Positions 20,708 to 31,184 of a DNA stretch of 64,000 nt are shown piece by piece. Both the position numbers and the translations under genes were made by a program. Source of the DNA: Pseudomonadota bacterium. Lineage in GTDB: Bacteria; Pseudomonadota; Gammaproteobacteria; Burkholderiales; Thiobacillaceae. The first letter of the stretch is position 1. Every line of letters starts with the position of its first letter. The notes below the pieces were generated by a model that did no database searches, had not been told where the DNA came from, and saw nothing but the letters and a program-made list of their open reading frames with translations. The stretch lies in NCBI GenBank assembly GCA_049322515.1, contig JBMOQW010000012.1, positions 204,023 to 268,022 on the forward strand, in the 5' to 3' direction.

Positions 20708-21157
20708 ATGGAAATCATCCTGATGGACAAGGTCGCCAACCTGGGCAACCTGGGCGACATCGTCAAGGTCAAGGACGGCTACGCCCGCAACTTCCTGATT
20801 CCCCAGGGCATGGCCAAGCGGGCCACGGCCGCCAACAAGGCCGCCTTTGAAGAGAAGAAAGCCGAACTGGAAAAGCTGGCTGCAGAAAAGCTGGCCGCCG
20901 CCCAGGCCCGCGCCGAGAAACTGGAAGGCTTTGTCCTGACCCTGGCGCAGAAGGCCGGCGTCGACGGTCGCCTGTTTGGTTCGGTCGGCAACGCTGACAT
21001 CGCCGAGGGCCTGCAAGCCCAGGGCTTCGAGGTGAACAAATCGGAAGTTCGCCTGCCGGAAGGTCCGTTCAAGTCGCTGGGAGAATTCGACGTCTGCCTC
21101 GGCCTGCACACCGATGTGGTCGCCAACATCAAGGTCACCGTGGTGGCCGAGCAGTAA
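20708..21157 (+). CDS. rplI: 50S ribosomal protein L9
   Basis: [25 protein letters not shown]. Confidence 0.98.
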   Translation: MEIILMDKVANLGNLGDIVKVKDGYARNFLIPQGMAKRATAANKAAFEEKKAELEKLAAEKLAAAQARAEKLEGFVLTLAQKAGVDGRLFGSVGNADIAEGLQAQGFEVNKSEVRLPEGPFKSLGEFDVCLGLHTDVVANIKVTVVAEQ

Positions 21158-21164
21158 GCCGCCC

Positions 21165-21184
21165 ATCCCCGCGCAAGCGGGAAT
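21165..21184. repeat. dRS3/REP-like palindrome
   Basis: ATCCCC-GCGCAAGC-GGGAAT, one mismatch from ATTCCC-N8-GGGAAT. Confidence 0.4.
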
Positions 21185-21191
21185 GCATCGC

Positions 21192-21222
21192 ACGAAGGCC
21201 GCTTCCGCGGCCTTCGTCGTTT
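21192..21222 (+). terminator. Putative intrinsic terminator after rplI
   Basis: ACGAAGGCCGC-ttcc-GCGGCCTTCGT followed by CGTTT. Confidence 0.6.
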
Positions 21223-21243
21223 CCGCGCTAGAATTCCGCCCCT

Positions 21244-22620
21244 ATGTCCGACCGTTACGACGCCGACCTCGCCGCCCTCAAGCTGCCGCCGCACTCGCTG
21301 GAGGCGGAGCAATCCGTACTCGGCGGCCTGATGCTGGAAAACACCGCCATCGACCGGGTCGCGGACCTCATCAACGAGCAGGATTTCTACCGCGCCGACC
21401 ACAAGGCGATCTGGCGCCAGATCACCCGCCTGATCAACGAGAACAAGCCAGCTGACGTGATCACCGTGGCCGAGGCCCTGGATTCGCACAACCAGCTGGA
21501 AGACATCGGCGGCCTCGCCTACCTCGACACACTGGCACGCAACACCCCCTCTGCGGCGAACATCCGCCACTATGCCCAGATCGTGCGCGAACGCGCCGTG
21601 CTGCGCCACCTGGCCGAAGTCGGCAGCGAGATTTCCGAATCGGCCTACAACCCGGAAGGCCGCAGCGCAGGGGAAATCCTCGACGCCGCCGAGGCCAAGG
21701 TGTTCCAGATCAAGGAAGCCGGCGCCAAATCCAGCCAGGGCTGGCAGGAGCTGCCCAAGCTGCTGGTGGAAGTGGTCAACCGCATCGACGAACTGTACAG
21801 CCGCGACAATCCGAGCGACGTCACCGGCATCCCTACGGGTTTCTCCGACCTCGACAGCAAGACCTCCGGCCTGCAACCCGGCGACCTGATCATCGTCGCC
21901 GGCCGCCCGTCCATGGGCAAGACCGCCATCTCGCTCAACATCGCCGAAAACGTCGCCTTGGAAACAAGCCTGCCGGTGGCCGTCTTCTCCATGGAAATGG
22001 GCGCCGCCCAGCTGGTCATGCGCATGCTCGGCTCGATCGGCCGCCTGGACCAGCACAAGCTGCGCACCGGCAAGATCGGCGAGGACGACTGGCACAAGCT
22101 GACCAGCGCCCTCGGCCGCCTCAACGAAGCCCCGGTATACATCGACGAAACGCCTGGCCTCACCGCCATGGAAGTCCGCGCCCGGGCCCGTCGCCTGGCC
22201 CGCCAGCACGAAGGCAAGCTGGGCCTGATCGTGATCGACTACCTGCAGCTGATGTCCGGCAATGGCAACGGCGAGAACCGGGCCACGGAAATCTCGGAAA
22301 TCTCCCGCTCCCTGAAAAGCCTGGCCAAGGAATTGCACGTCCCGGTCATTGCCTTGTCGCAGCTGAACCGCTCGCTGGAGCAGCGTCCGAACAAGCGCCC
22401 GGTGATGTCGGACCTGCGTGAATCGGGCGCGATCGAGCAGGATGCCGACGTGATCCTGTTCGTCTATCGCGACGAAGTCTACAACCCGGACAGCCCGGAC
22501 AAGGGCACCGCCGAGCTGATCATCGGCAAGCAGCGGAACGGCCCGATCGGCATGGTGCGCCTCACGTTCCTGGGCGAATACACCAAGTTCGAAAACTGGA
22601 CCTCGGGCTACGCCGCGTGA
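21244..22620 (+). CDS. dnaB: Replicative DNA helicase
   Basis: PPHSLEAEQSVLGG, GRPSMGKT, IDYLQLM, LRESGAIEQDAD; no intein. Confidence 0.98.
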   Translation: MSDRYDADLAALKLPPHSLEAEQSVLGGLMLENTAIDRVADLINEQDFYRADHKAIWRQITRLINENKPADVITVAEALDSHNQLEDIGGLAYLDTLARNTPSAANIRHYAQIVRERAVLRHLAEVGSEISESAYNPEGRSAGEILDAAEAKVFQIKEAGAKSSQGWQELPKLLVEVVNRIDELYSRDNPSDVTGIPTGFSDLDSKTSGLQPGDLIIVAGRPSMGKTAISLNIAENVALETSLPVAVFSMEMGAAQLVMRMLGSIGRLDQHKLRTGKIGEDDWHKLTSALGRLNEAPVYIDETPGLTAMEVRARARRLARQHEGKLGLIVIDYLQLMSGNGNGENRATEISEISRSLKSLAKELHVPVIALSQLNRSLEQRPNKRPVMSDLRESGAIEQDADVILFVYRDEVYNPDSPDKGTAELIIGKQRNGPIGMVRLTFLGEYTKFENWTSGYAA

Positions 22621-23699
22621 CCGCCCTAAGCCTGCGCCCGCTGGTGGCCCGGATCGACAGCGCCGCGCTGGCTCACAACCTCGGCGTGGCCAAGCGCCTG
22701 GCCGGCCCGGCCCGTGTTCTCGCGGTGGTCAAGGCCAATGGCTATGGCCATGGCCTGGCGCGGGTAGCACATGCCCTGCGTGCGGCGGACGGCTTCGCCG
22801 TGCTCAGCCTCGACGAAGCCGCCACCTTGCGCAGCTTGGGCTTCAGCCATCCCATCGTGTTGCTGGAAGGCTTCTTCCATGCCGACGAATTGCCGGAAAT
22901 CGCCCGTCGCCATCTCATCCCGGTCATCCACCGGGAGGACCAGATCGAGGCCCTGGCACGCTTGAAAGGCCATGCCCGCATCGACGTGTATCTCAAACTG
23001 GACACCGGCATGCACCGGCTCGGCTTCCCTGAAAAGCGCTTCATCGCCGCGCTCGAGCGCCTGCGCGCCCTGCCCCAGATCGGCCAGATCACCCTGATGA
23101 GCCATTTCGCGTGTGCCGATGAAGACGCCCTCGGCATCACCGAACCGCTGGCCCGGTTCGACGCCATTTGCACCGGCTTGGATCACCCCGTCAGCCTGGC
23201 CAATTCGGCCGCCCTGTTCCGCTACCCGGAGAGTCATCGCGACTGGGTCCGTCCAGGCATCATGCTTTATGGCGGCTCGCCCTTCGCCGGCCTGACCGGC
23301 GCCGATCTCGGCCTGTTGCCCGTCATGCGCCTGGAAAGCCAGATCATCGCCATCCAGACCGTACGCAAGGGCGAGGGCCTCGGCTATGGCCACCGTTTCG
23401 TCGCCCCGCGCGACATCCGGGTCGGCATCGTTGCCTGCGGCTACGCCGACGGCTACCCGCGCCACGCCGACACCGGTACCCCGGTCGCCGTGGCCGGCCA
23501 GCGCACGCGCACCCTGGGCCGGGTGTCGATGGACATGCTGTTTGTCGATCTGAGCGAGCTTCCGGCCGCCCACATCGGCAGCCCGGTGACCCTATGGGGT
23601 GACGGCGTACCGGTTGACATGGTCGCCGAGGCTGCCGGCACGATTGCCTACGAACTGCTGACTGCGCTGGCCCCGCGTGTAAGAATCCTTGCTGAATAA
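22617..23699 (+). CDS. alr: Alanine racemase
   Basis: VVKANGYGHG, DTGMHRLG, GYADGYPR, GRVSMD. Confidence 0.96.
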   Translation: MTALSLRPLVARIDSAALAHNLGVAKRLAGPARVLAVVKANGYGHGLARVAHALRAADGFAVLSLDEAATLRSLGFSHPIVLLEGFFHADELPEIARRHLIPVIHREDQIEALARLKGHARIDVYLKLDTGMHRLGFPEKRFIAALERLRALPQIGQITLMSHFACADEDALGITEPLARFDAICTGLDHPVSLANSAALFRYPESHRDWVRPGIMLYGGSPFAGLTGADLGLLPVMRLESQIIAIQTVRKGEGLGYGHRFVAPRDIRVGIVACGYADGYPRHADTGTPVAVAGQRTRTLGRVSMDMLFVDLSELPAAHIGSPVTLWGDGVPVDMVAEAAGTIAYELLTALAPRVRILAE

Positions 23700-23714
23700 G
23701 GTCCCGCTTCCCCT

Positions 23715-24509
23715 ATGTCCGACATCCTGAACAAGATCCTCGCCGTCAAGGCGGAGGAAATCGCCGCGGCCCGCGCCGTCCGTCCGCTCGAAGCCCTGCG
23801 CGAAGCCGCCGCCGCGGCGCCCGCGCCACGCGATTTCGTCGCCGCGGTCCGCGCCCGGCTGGATGCCGGCCGCCCGGCCGTGATCGCAGAGATCAAGAAG
23901 GCCAGCCCAAGCAAGGGCGTGATCCGGGCCGACTTCCGGCCCGCCGAGATCGCCGCCAGTTACGCCCGCGGGGGCGCGGCCTGTCTGTCGGTGCTGACCG
24001 ACCGACAATTTTTCCAGGGTGCACCTGAGTATCTGCTGGAAGCGCGAGCGGCTTGCGACCTGCCGGTCCTGCGCAAGGACTTCATCGTCGACCCCTACCA
24101 AGTGGTCGAAGCCCGTGCCATGGGTGCCGACTGCATCCTGCTCATCGCCGCCTGTCTCAGCGTGGCCGAGATGCGGGCGCTGGAGGTCGAGGCCCAAGCC
24201 CTCGGCATGGCCGTGTTGGTCGAATCGCACGACGGCGAGGAACTCACGGCCGCGCTTGCGCTCGAAACCCCGCTGATCGGCATCAACAACCGCAACCTGC
24301 GCACCTTTGAGACCCGGCTCGAGACCACCCTCGACCTGCTGCCCCGCATCGGCCGGGAACGGATCGTGGTCACCGAGAGCGGCATCCTGGCCCCCGAACA
24401 TGTCCAATTGATGCGACACCAAGGGGTCGGCACCTTCCTGGTTGGCGAAGCGTTCATGCGCGCAGCGGACCCAGGCGCTGAACTGCGCCGGCTCTTCGTG
24501 CCCACCTGA
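23715..24509 (+). CDS. trpC: Indole-3-glycerol phosphate synthase
   Basis: [30 protein letters not shown]. Confidence 0.96.
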   Translation: MSDILNKILAVKAEEIAAARAVRPLEALREAAAAAPAPRDFVAAVRARLDAGRPAVIAEIKKASPSKGVIRADFRPAEIAASYARGGAACLSVLTDRQFFQGAPEYLLEARAACDLPVLRKDFIVDPYQVVEARAMGADCILLIAACLSVAEMRALEVEAQALGMAVLVESHDGEELTAALALETPLIGINNRNLRTFETRLETTLDLLPRIGRERIVVTESGILAPEHVQLMRHQGVGTFLVGEAFMRAADPGAELRRLFVPT

Positions 24510-24845
24510 GCCGCTTGGCCATGACATGACAAATCAATCACTTCCATCCCAGACGCCAAGCCGAGGCCCGGGCCCGTGGATTCGCCAAGCGGCCAGGATG
24601 AGTTGTTGCTAAATTGCCACGGCCCTGGGCCCACACCCCAGACAAAACTGGAATAGGGCTTTGGGCGCAACCCAAATTATTGACAGAATACGGGTAACTT
24701 CTCGCGCGAGAGGTTGTTTCCGCCCACTCGCCGTCGACCCAGTTGGGTTAAGGCGAGGCGGGGGTTGACTCGGTCGAGTTAGCGGCCGTGGGAGTCCTCC
24801 GCGAACAAGCTTAAGAGTTTCCTAAACCTGTAAAGGAGTGAAAAC

Positions 24846-25766
24846 ATGAAGAAGTCCCTGATCGCCCTGGCTGTTGCTGGCGTTGTTGCCGCCCCCGCCG
24901 CCTTTGCCGCCACCGGCAACGTTGATGTCTATGGCAAGCTGCGCGTCTCCCTGAGCTCTATCGACGGTGACTGGGAACTGGGTGACCAGGTCTCCCGCAT
25001 CGGCTTCAAGGGCACGGAAGACCTGGGTGGTGGCCTGAAGGCCGTGTGGCAGATCGAGTCTGGCGTCGGTGGTAACGGCATGACCGGTGGTGTGGGTACC
25101 GCTTCCATCGCCAGCCGTAACACCTTCGTCGGCCTGGCCGGCGGCTTCGGTACCGTTGTCATGGGCCGTCACGACACCCCCTACAAGATGGCCGGTTCCG
25201 CCGACCTGTTCGGCGACACCCTGGCTGACGCCCAGAACAACGGCGGCATCATCGGTGCTGGCAACTTCGACCTGCGTGTCGACCGCGCCCTGGCCTACAT
25301 CTCCCCCGACTTCAGCGGCTTCCACGTGGCTGCCGCCGTCGTCCCGGGTATTGCTGGCGACAACGAACTGACCGACGCCTACTCCGTGGCCGCCATGTAC
25401 AAGAACGGCCCGCTGAACGCCTCCCTCGGCTACGAAGACCACAACAACCTTGCTGACGAAGATGCTTGGAAGGTTAACGTGGGCTACGCCATGGGCGACC
25501 TGAAGCTGGGTGCCACCTACGAAAGCCAAGAGTACGCTGGTAACGACAACGACAACTGGCTGGTTTCCGCCGCCTACGGCATGGGCCCGATCACCCTGGC
25601 TGCCCAGTACGGCGACACCGAAACCAATGACTTCAAGCAGTGGACCCTGGGCATGATCTATGCCATGAGCAAGCGCACCAGCGCCGCTCTGGCCTACTCC
25701 AACATCGACTTCGATGGTGGCGACGACATCGATGCCTTCACCGTTCAGCTGAACCACGACTTCTAA
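24846..25766 (+). CDS. Gram-negative (Neisseria/Burkholderia-type) porin
   Basis: MKKSLIALAV signal, SRIGFKGTEDLGGGL, YAMSKRT, C-terminal F; strong RBS and biased codons. Confidence 0.93.
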   Translation: MKKSLIALAVAGVVAAPAAFAATGNVDVYGKLRVSLSSIDGDWELGDQVSRIGFKGTEDLGGGLKAVWQIESGVGGNGMTGGVGTASIASRNTFVGLAGGFGTVVMGRHDTPYKMAGSADLFGDTLADAQNNGGIIGAGNFDLRVDRALAYISPDFSGFHVAAAVVPGIAGDNELTDAYSVAAMYKNGPLNASLGYEDHNNLADEDAWKVNVGYAMGDLKLGATYESQEYAGNDNDNWLVSAAYGMGPITLAAQYGDTETNDFKQWTLGMIYAMSKRTSAALAYSNIDFDGGDDIDAFTVQLNHDF

Positions 25767-25793
25767 TTCGACACCCAGTCGTTTAGAAATCAC

Positions 25794-25825
25794 AAAAGGG
25801 CGCGAGCAATCGCGCCCTTTTTTTT
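25794..25825 (+). terminator. Intrinsic (bidirectional-type) terminator after porin
   Basis: AAAAGGGCGCGA-gcaa-TCGCGCCCTTTTTTTT. Confidence 0.85.
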
Positions 25826-26254
25826 AGGTTAAACCACAAGCTAGCGCAATCCCCTCGACTCGGACCGCATCGTGACCAGGCCAGTGGCCTACGTGTTCAC
25901 ATGAATTCTCGGATCAAGGGTGGCGCGCCATGATGCAAACCCAACCGCGGTCTGGCCGATTCGACCGACTGGACATCACGCACGATTTCAGAGTGGTCGT
26001 GGTCGTTGGAGAAGGCGGTGTGACTGACGGTTAGCCATGCCGGACTGGACGACCTTCCGGACACGCATTCGTGAGTGATGGAGACCGACGCCTGTTCAGA
26101 ATCCTGTTCCCATGAGCCCGCTGAATCCAGGCTCTGGATTCCTACTTGCGCCCCCGGGCGCCCCCTGACCCGCACCCATGGGCCGGGCGGTGTGGAGATG
26201 CCCGATCCGCTTAGGGTGCGGATTCAACCCGCACCGTCGAACGGGGCATCCACC

Positions 26255-27499
26255 TTAATCCCGCACGCGATCGATCACAAGTTTGACCCCGGTTGCCCCC
26301 ACCTTGACCTTCGCCAACGACCCTTCCAGGTCGCCCGGGGCGCCCTTGACTTCACCTGACTTCGCGATGCGGGCCGTCAGGTTGACTTCCTTGAACCGGG
26401 ACAGCGCATTCTCCGGGGTCATTGCCATGGCATCGCTGAGCTCGAACTCGAGCGGGAACTTGCCCGCCGTGGCCCGAATCGCCGCGACCGGGGCGCCCCC
26501 TTCGCCGGGCCGCGCAAACAGGAACACGACATCCTCGGGCTTGACCTTGGCCTTCAGCGCGGGGGCGACATCGACCACGCCCTTGATGGTCGCACCGGGG
26601 TTGGCAGCGGATTTCCCAGCATCGGCGAGATTGTCCATGCCGCCATTGAGCCCAGCCATGGCCAGGCGGCTGGCTTCCTTTTCCGCCTCGGCGATATCCT
26701 GGGCGTAGGGGGCCTCGGGCGGCAGCAACTTGCCCAGCCGCTTGAAATAGTAGGCGGCCTGGGCGAAGTTCCTTTGCTGGAAGTTGTGGATGCCGGCCAG
26801 TTCCAGGCCCTTGAGATCATCCGGATCCTTTTCGAGGGCCTTGAGGACCAGTTCCATCGGCTTGCCGGACAGGTCGCGCTGCTTGGCAATGGCCAGCACC
26901 TCGGCGTAGCCGGTCATCACCGACGGTTCGTCGGGACGCAGGGCCAGGGCCTTTTCGTAGGCCGCCAGGGCTTCCGGCCAGTGTTCGACCACCGCGTAGG
27001 TCTTGGCCAGGAGGGTCCAGGCTTCAGCATTGTTCGGATCGGCCTTGGCCTTTTCCTCGACCTGCGCAATCAGCTTCATGACATCGTGCCCCCCGGCAGC
27101 AGCGTCGGACTGGGACGCCACGGCATCGATGGCGCCGGGATTGCCGATCGTCAGGTAGAAGCCGATGGCGCAGGCGGGCAGCAGGACGGCCAGGCCATAG
27201 CCCAGGGACCGCCCGCCCCGGCGGACCGCCGGAGCGACTTCCTCGACCTCCAGGGCATCAGCGGCGAGGCGGGATTCGAGCTCGACCTTGGCTTCCTCGT
27301 ACTGGGCAGGGGTGAGCAGGCCATTGTCACGGTCCACGCTCATTTCGCGCAGTTGGTCGCGATACACCGCGATGTTGATGCCCCGGCGCCCGGCCTGGGC
27401 CGATGTGACGCGCGTACGCAGCAGTGGTGGCAGGACAAAGGCCAAGGCCAGCACCACGAGCAGGGCAACAGCGCCCCAGAAAGCAAAGGATGAGTTCAA
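26255..27499 (-). CDS. ccmI: Cytochrome c biogenesis protein CcmI (TPR)
   Basis: NIAVYRDQL, TPR repeats, C-terminal FPLEFELSDAMAM..ARIAKSG. Confidence 0.9.
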   Translation of the reverse strand: MNSSFAFWGAVALLVVLALAFVLPPLLRTRVTSAQAGRRGINIAVYRDQLREMSVDRDNGLLTPAQYEEAKVELESRLAADALEVEEVAPAVRRGGRSLGYGLAVLLPACAIGFYLTIGNPGAIDAVASQSDAAAGGHDVMKLIAQVEEKAKADPNNAEAWTLLAKTYAVVEHWPEALAAYEKALALRPDEPSVMTGYAEVLAIAKQRDLSGKPMELVLKALEKDPDDLKGLELAGIHNFQQRNFAQAAYYFKRLGKLLPPEAPYAQDIAEAEKEASRLAMAGLNGGMDNLADAGKSAANPGATIKGVVDVAPALKAKVKPEDVVFLFARPGEGGAPVAAIRATAGKFPLEFELSDAMAMTPENALSRFKEVNLTARIAKSGEVKGAPGDLEGSLAKVKVGATGVKLVIDRVRD

Positions 27500-27558
27500 A
27501 GGATGCTCCTAGAAACAGGCATGCGTAAGGAGGGGGGCTTCAACCGCACTGGGGGCTA

Positions 27559-28032
27559 TCAGCGATCGTCGTCTTCCAGCAATCGGGCCGCCTGCTTGAT
27601 CGCGGCCTCGCTGGCCTGGTCGGTCGGTTTGAGGGCGCGGCGTCGGCGCAACGTGAAATACCAGGCGATGCCGCCAATGACGAGAAACAGCGCCGGGCCA
27701 AGCCAGAGCAACAGGGTGTAGCTGCGGAACGGGGGCTTGTAGAGCACGAAATCGCCGTAGCGGTCGGTCAGGTAGGTGATGACTTCCTGGTCATTCTTGC
27801 CATGCTTCATCTGCTCCCGGATTTCCCGGCGCAGGTCCTCGGCCAGCTCGGCATGGGAACCGGCCAGGGATTCGTTCTGGCAGACCAGGCAACGCAAGTC
27901 CTCGGCCAACAGGTTCATGCGCGCCTCGATGGCCGGGTCCTCGCCGACCGGAACCGCTTCGCCGGCGTGGACCGGGAGGGACAGCACGGTGAACAGGGCA
28001 AACAACAGCGAGGTCAGGAAGGGGCGGCTCAT
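27559..28032 (-). CDS. ccmH: Cytochrome c biogenesis protein CcmH
   Basis: LRCLVCQNESL, RYGDFVLYKPP. Confidence 0.93.
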   Translation of the reverse strand: MSRPFLTSLLFALFTVLSLPVHAGEAVPVGEDPAIEARMNLLAEDLRCLVCQNESLAGSHAELAEDLRREIREQMKHGKNDQEVITYLTDRYGDFVLYKPPFRSYTLLLWLGPALFLVIGGIAWYFTLRRRRALKPTDQASEAAIKQAARLLEDDDR

Positions 28033-28547
28033 TGGTTCAGATCCTTGAGCAGCGGGTCGAATTTCTTCTGCCAGCTGTCGGCGTCGATCGGGCCGACGTG
28101 TTTCATCCGGATGATGCCCTGCTTGTCGATGACGAAGGTCTCGGGCGTGCCGGTCACGCCATAGTCGATGCCGACCCGGCCATCCAGATCGTCCACCACC
28201 ACCCGGTAAGGGCTGCCCGCCTTGGCCAGCAGGGCCTCGGCCTCGCGGTCCTTGTCCTTCCAGTTGAGGCCGTAGACTGGCACGCCGGCCTGCGAGAGCT
28301 GCATCAACACGCCATGCTCCTGACGGCAGGAAACGCACCAGGGCGCCCAGATGTTGAGCAGCCAGACCTGGCCCTTGTTCTGCGCCGGGGAAAAGGTGAC
28401 GCCGGGCTGGCCAATGACCGGCAAGGTGAAGGCCGGGGCCGGCTTGCCGATGAACGGCGAAGGCACTTCGCGCGGGTTCAGTTGCAGACCGACCAGCAGA
28501 AAACCGGCCAGGACGACAAAGACGATCAAAGGCAACCAGCGGTTCAT
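28029..28547 (-). CDS. ccmG: Thiol:disulfide interchange protein CcmG/DsbE
   Basis: PSPFIGKPAP, WAPWCVSCRQEH, GVTGTPETF. Confidence 0.93.
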   Translation of the reverse strand: MNRWLPLIVFVVLAGFLLVGLQLNPREVPSPFIGKPAPAFTLPVIGQPGVTFSPAQNKGQVWLLNIWAPWCVSCRQEHGVLMQLSQAGVPVYGLNWKDKDREAEALLAKAGSPYRVVVDDLDGRVGIDYGVTGTPETFVIDKQGIIRMKHVGPIDADSWQKKFDPLLKDLNQ

Positions 28548-30523
28548 GCCTGGGCTCCCTGGACAACGCCGCCGGCCGGCACCTCGGATTTCTTCAAGGC
28601 GATCCGATACCGGCGGTCGCTGGCTGCGAACACCCCGCCCATGACCATGAACAGGCCGCCGATCCACAGCCAATTGATGAACGGCTTATGGAACACGCGG
28701 ACAGTCCAGGCGCCGCCTTCCAGTTCCTCACCCATGGCCGCATACACGTCGCGGGTGAAACTGTAGTGGATGGCGGCTTCGGTCATCGGCATGCCGGAGG
28801 CGTTATAGATGCGCTTTTCCGGATGGAGCGTGGTGACCGGCTTGCCGTCCTTGGTCACTTCCAGGGTCCCGCGTGCGGCCTGGTAGTTGGGGCCGGGACG
28901 CATTTCAGCGCCCCGGAAGGTGAAGACATAGCCGGCCAGTTCGGCGGTGTCGCCGATGTTCATCTTGACGTTGCGTTCGCTTTCATAGGCCGAGACCAGG
29001 GCGATCCCGGCCACCACCCAGGCCAAACCGAAGTGCGCCAGCTGCATGCCCCAGAAGCCGCGCGGCAAGCCGCCCAGCTTGGCCATCAGGGGGCCCTGGG
29101 CATGCTTCAGGCGCTCGGCGAAGCCGATCAGCACGGTGAACACGATCCAGAGCGCCAGCGCCAGGCCAAACGCGGCCATGGCATTGAAGCCGTCGAAGGT
29201 GAACGGCAGCAGCAAGCCACTGACGATGGCCACCGCCATGGCCACGCGCAAGCGCTTGACCAGCTCGGGCAGGCTGGCCTGCTTCCAGCGCGCCAGGGGA
29301 CCGACACCGACCAGGAACAGGATCGGGGTCATCAGCGGCACGAACACGGCGTTGAAGTAAGGCGGGCCGACCGAGATCTTGCCCATGCCGAGCGCGTCCA
29401 TGAACAAGGGATACATGGTGCCCAGAAGCACCGCGCCCATGGCCGCGGCCAACACCACATTGTTGGCGAGCAGGAGGGATTCGCGCGACAGGGCGGAGAA
29501 ACTGCCCCCGCTCGCCATCTTCGGCGCACGCAGGGCGAACAAGACGAAGGATCCACCGATCACCACGCCGAGGAACGCCAGGATGAACACGCCCCGGGTC
29601 GGGTCGGTGGCGAAGGCATGCACCGACGACAGCACGCCCGAGCGAACCAGAAAGGTGCCGAGCAGGCTCATCGAGAAGGCGGTGATGGCGAGCAGCACGG
29701 TCCAGTTCTTGAAAGCGCCGCGCTTCTCGGTCACTGCCAGGGAGTGGATCAGGGCGGTGCCGACCAGCCAGGGCATGAACGAGGCATTCTCGGTCGGATC
29801 CCAGAACCACCAGCCGCCCCAGCCGAGCTCGTTATAGGCCCACCAGCTGCCCAGGCCGATGCCCAAGGTCAGGAACAGCCAGGCCACCGTGGTCCAGGGC
29901 CGTGACCAGCGTGCCCAGGCGGCGTCCAGCTTGCCGGACAGGAGCGCGGCAATGGCGAAGGCGAAGGCCACCGAGAAACCAACATAGCCCATGTACAGCA
30001 TCGGCGGATGCAGCACCATGCCGGGGTCCTGCAACAGGGGGTTCATGTCGCGGCCGTCCATGGGCACGGGCAGCAGGCGATCAAACGGGTTCGAAGTGAG
30101 GAGCAGGAAGAGCAGGAAACCGACGCTGACCAGGCCCATGACGCCAATCACGCGCGCTGCCATGTCCTCGGGCAGATGCCGGCTCCAGACCGTGACGGCG
30201 GTGGTCCAGAAGGTCAGGATCAGGGTCCAGAGCAACAACGAACCTTCGTGCGAGCCCCAGGTCGCGGTGAAACGGTAGATCGGCGGCAGTTGCGAGAACG
30301 AGTTGCGGGCCACGTTCTCGACCGAGAAATCATTGGTCAGGAAGGCATAGGCGAGGCAGCCGTAGGCAAACAGGACGAACACGAACTGACCTTGCGCGGC
30401 CGGTCGAGCCACCCCCATCAGGGTGGCGTTGCCGCGCTGCGCGCCAACCAGGGGCAGGATGCCCTGGACCAGGGCCAGCATCAGGGCGAGGATCAAGGCG
30501 AAATGGCCAAGCTCAGGGATCAT
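28544..30523 (-). CDS. ccmF: Heme lyase CcmF
   Basis: MIPELGHF, WGSHEGS, HPPMLY, WGGWWFWDPTENAS, SVHAF. Confidence 0.96.
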   Translation of the reverse strand: MIPELGHFALILALMLALVQGILPLVGAQRGNATLMGVARPAAQGQFVFVLFAYGCLAYAFLTNDFSVENVARNSFSQLPPIYRFTATWGSHEGSLLLWTLILTFWTTAVTVWSRHLPEDMAARVIGVMGLVSVGFLLFLLLTSNPFDRLLPVPMDGRDMNPLLQDPGMVLHPPMLYMGYVGFSVAFAFAIAALLSGKLDAAWARWSRPWTTVAWLFLTLGIGLGSWWAYNELGWGGWWFWDPTENASFMPWLVGTALIHSLAVTEKRGAFKNWTVLLAITAFSMSLLGTFLVRSGVLSSVHAFATDPTRGVFILAFLGVVIGGSFVLFALRAPKMASGGSFSALSRESLLLANNVVLAAAMGAVLLGTMYPLFMDALGMGKISVGPPYFNAVFVPLMTPILFLVGVGPLARWKQASLPELVKRLRVAMAVAIVSGLLLPFTFDGFNAMAAFGLALALWIVFTVLIGFAERLKHAQGPLMAKLGGLPRGFWGMQLAHFGLAWVVAGIALVSAYESERNVKMNIGDTAELAGYVFTFRGAEMRPGPNYQAARGTLEVTKDGKPVTTLHPEKRIYNASGMPMTEAAIHYSFTRDVYAAMGEELEGGAWTVRVFHKPFINWLWIGGLFMVMGGVFAASDRRYRIALKKSEVPAGGVVQGAQA

Positions 30524-30555
30524 TGACTTTCCTTAGGGATGACGGCGCGGCGCGG

Positions 30556-31014
30556 CTACTGGACCAGCGTGCTCTGGGCTTTCTGGGCCTGCTCGAGCGC
30601 GTGCGCGGCTTCGGGGGGCATGTAGTTCTCGTCGTGCTTGGCCAGGACCTGGGTGGCGCTGAACTGGCCGCTCGACGCCAACTTGCCTTCGACCACCACG
30701 CCCTTGCCTTCCTTGAACAGGTCAGGCAGGGGACCGAACTCGGAAACACTGTAGCGGACCGGCACGGTCTGGGCGGTATCGGTGACCACGAAATCGACCC
30801 ACATGCCATCCTCCGAACGCTTCAGGCTGCCCTCCTCGACCAAGCCACCGATCCGGAAGGCCCGCTCGGCCGGCGCCTTGCCCTGCGCGACATCGGTCGG
30901 AGAGAAGAAGAACACCAGGTTCTCCTGGAAAGCGTTCAGGACCAGGGCGGCGGCGATGCCCAGACCCACCACCGACAAACCGATGGCGAGCAGTTTCTTG
31001 TTGCGAGTTTTCAT
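30556..31014 (-). CDS. ccmE: Heme chaperone CcmE
   Basis: [16 protein letters not shown]. Confidence 0.96.
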   Translation of the reverse strand: MKTRNKKLLAIGLSVVGLGIAAALVLNAFQENLVFFFSPTDVAQGKAPAERAFRIGGLVEEGSLKRSEDGMWVDFVVTDTAQTVPVRYSVSEFGPLPDLFKEGKGVVVEGKLASSGQFSATQVLAKHDENYMPPEAAHALEQAQKAQSTLVQ

Positions 31015-31184
31015 TGCGATTCCCAGTTCTTCAAACGCCGCAGTCGGCGCACAGTCTGGCTGTGACCGCGTTTCAGGAAAATGATTTCAATCAATATCGC
31101 GATCACCGTCACGGCATACGATCCCCAGACGTAGAGGCCATAGCCGCCCATCGCCCAGAAGGCTTCCCAGCTTTCCCACTGCAT
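31011..31184 (-). CDS. ccmD: Heme exporter protein D
   Basis: [12 protein letters not shown]; between ccmC and ccmE. Confidence 0.92.
   Translation of the reverse strand: MQWESWEAFWAMGGYGLYVWGSYAVTVIAILIEIIFLKRGHSQTVRRLRRLKNWESQ

Noticed and set aside
25826-26254. Short ORFs (92-94 aa) between the porin terminator and ccmI
   Set aside because: No RBS, atypical composition and no motifs; the ~430 bp remains unexplained but there is no positive evidence for a gene or RNA
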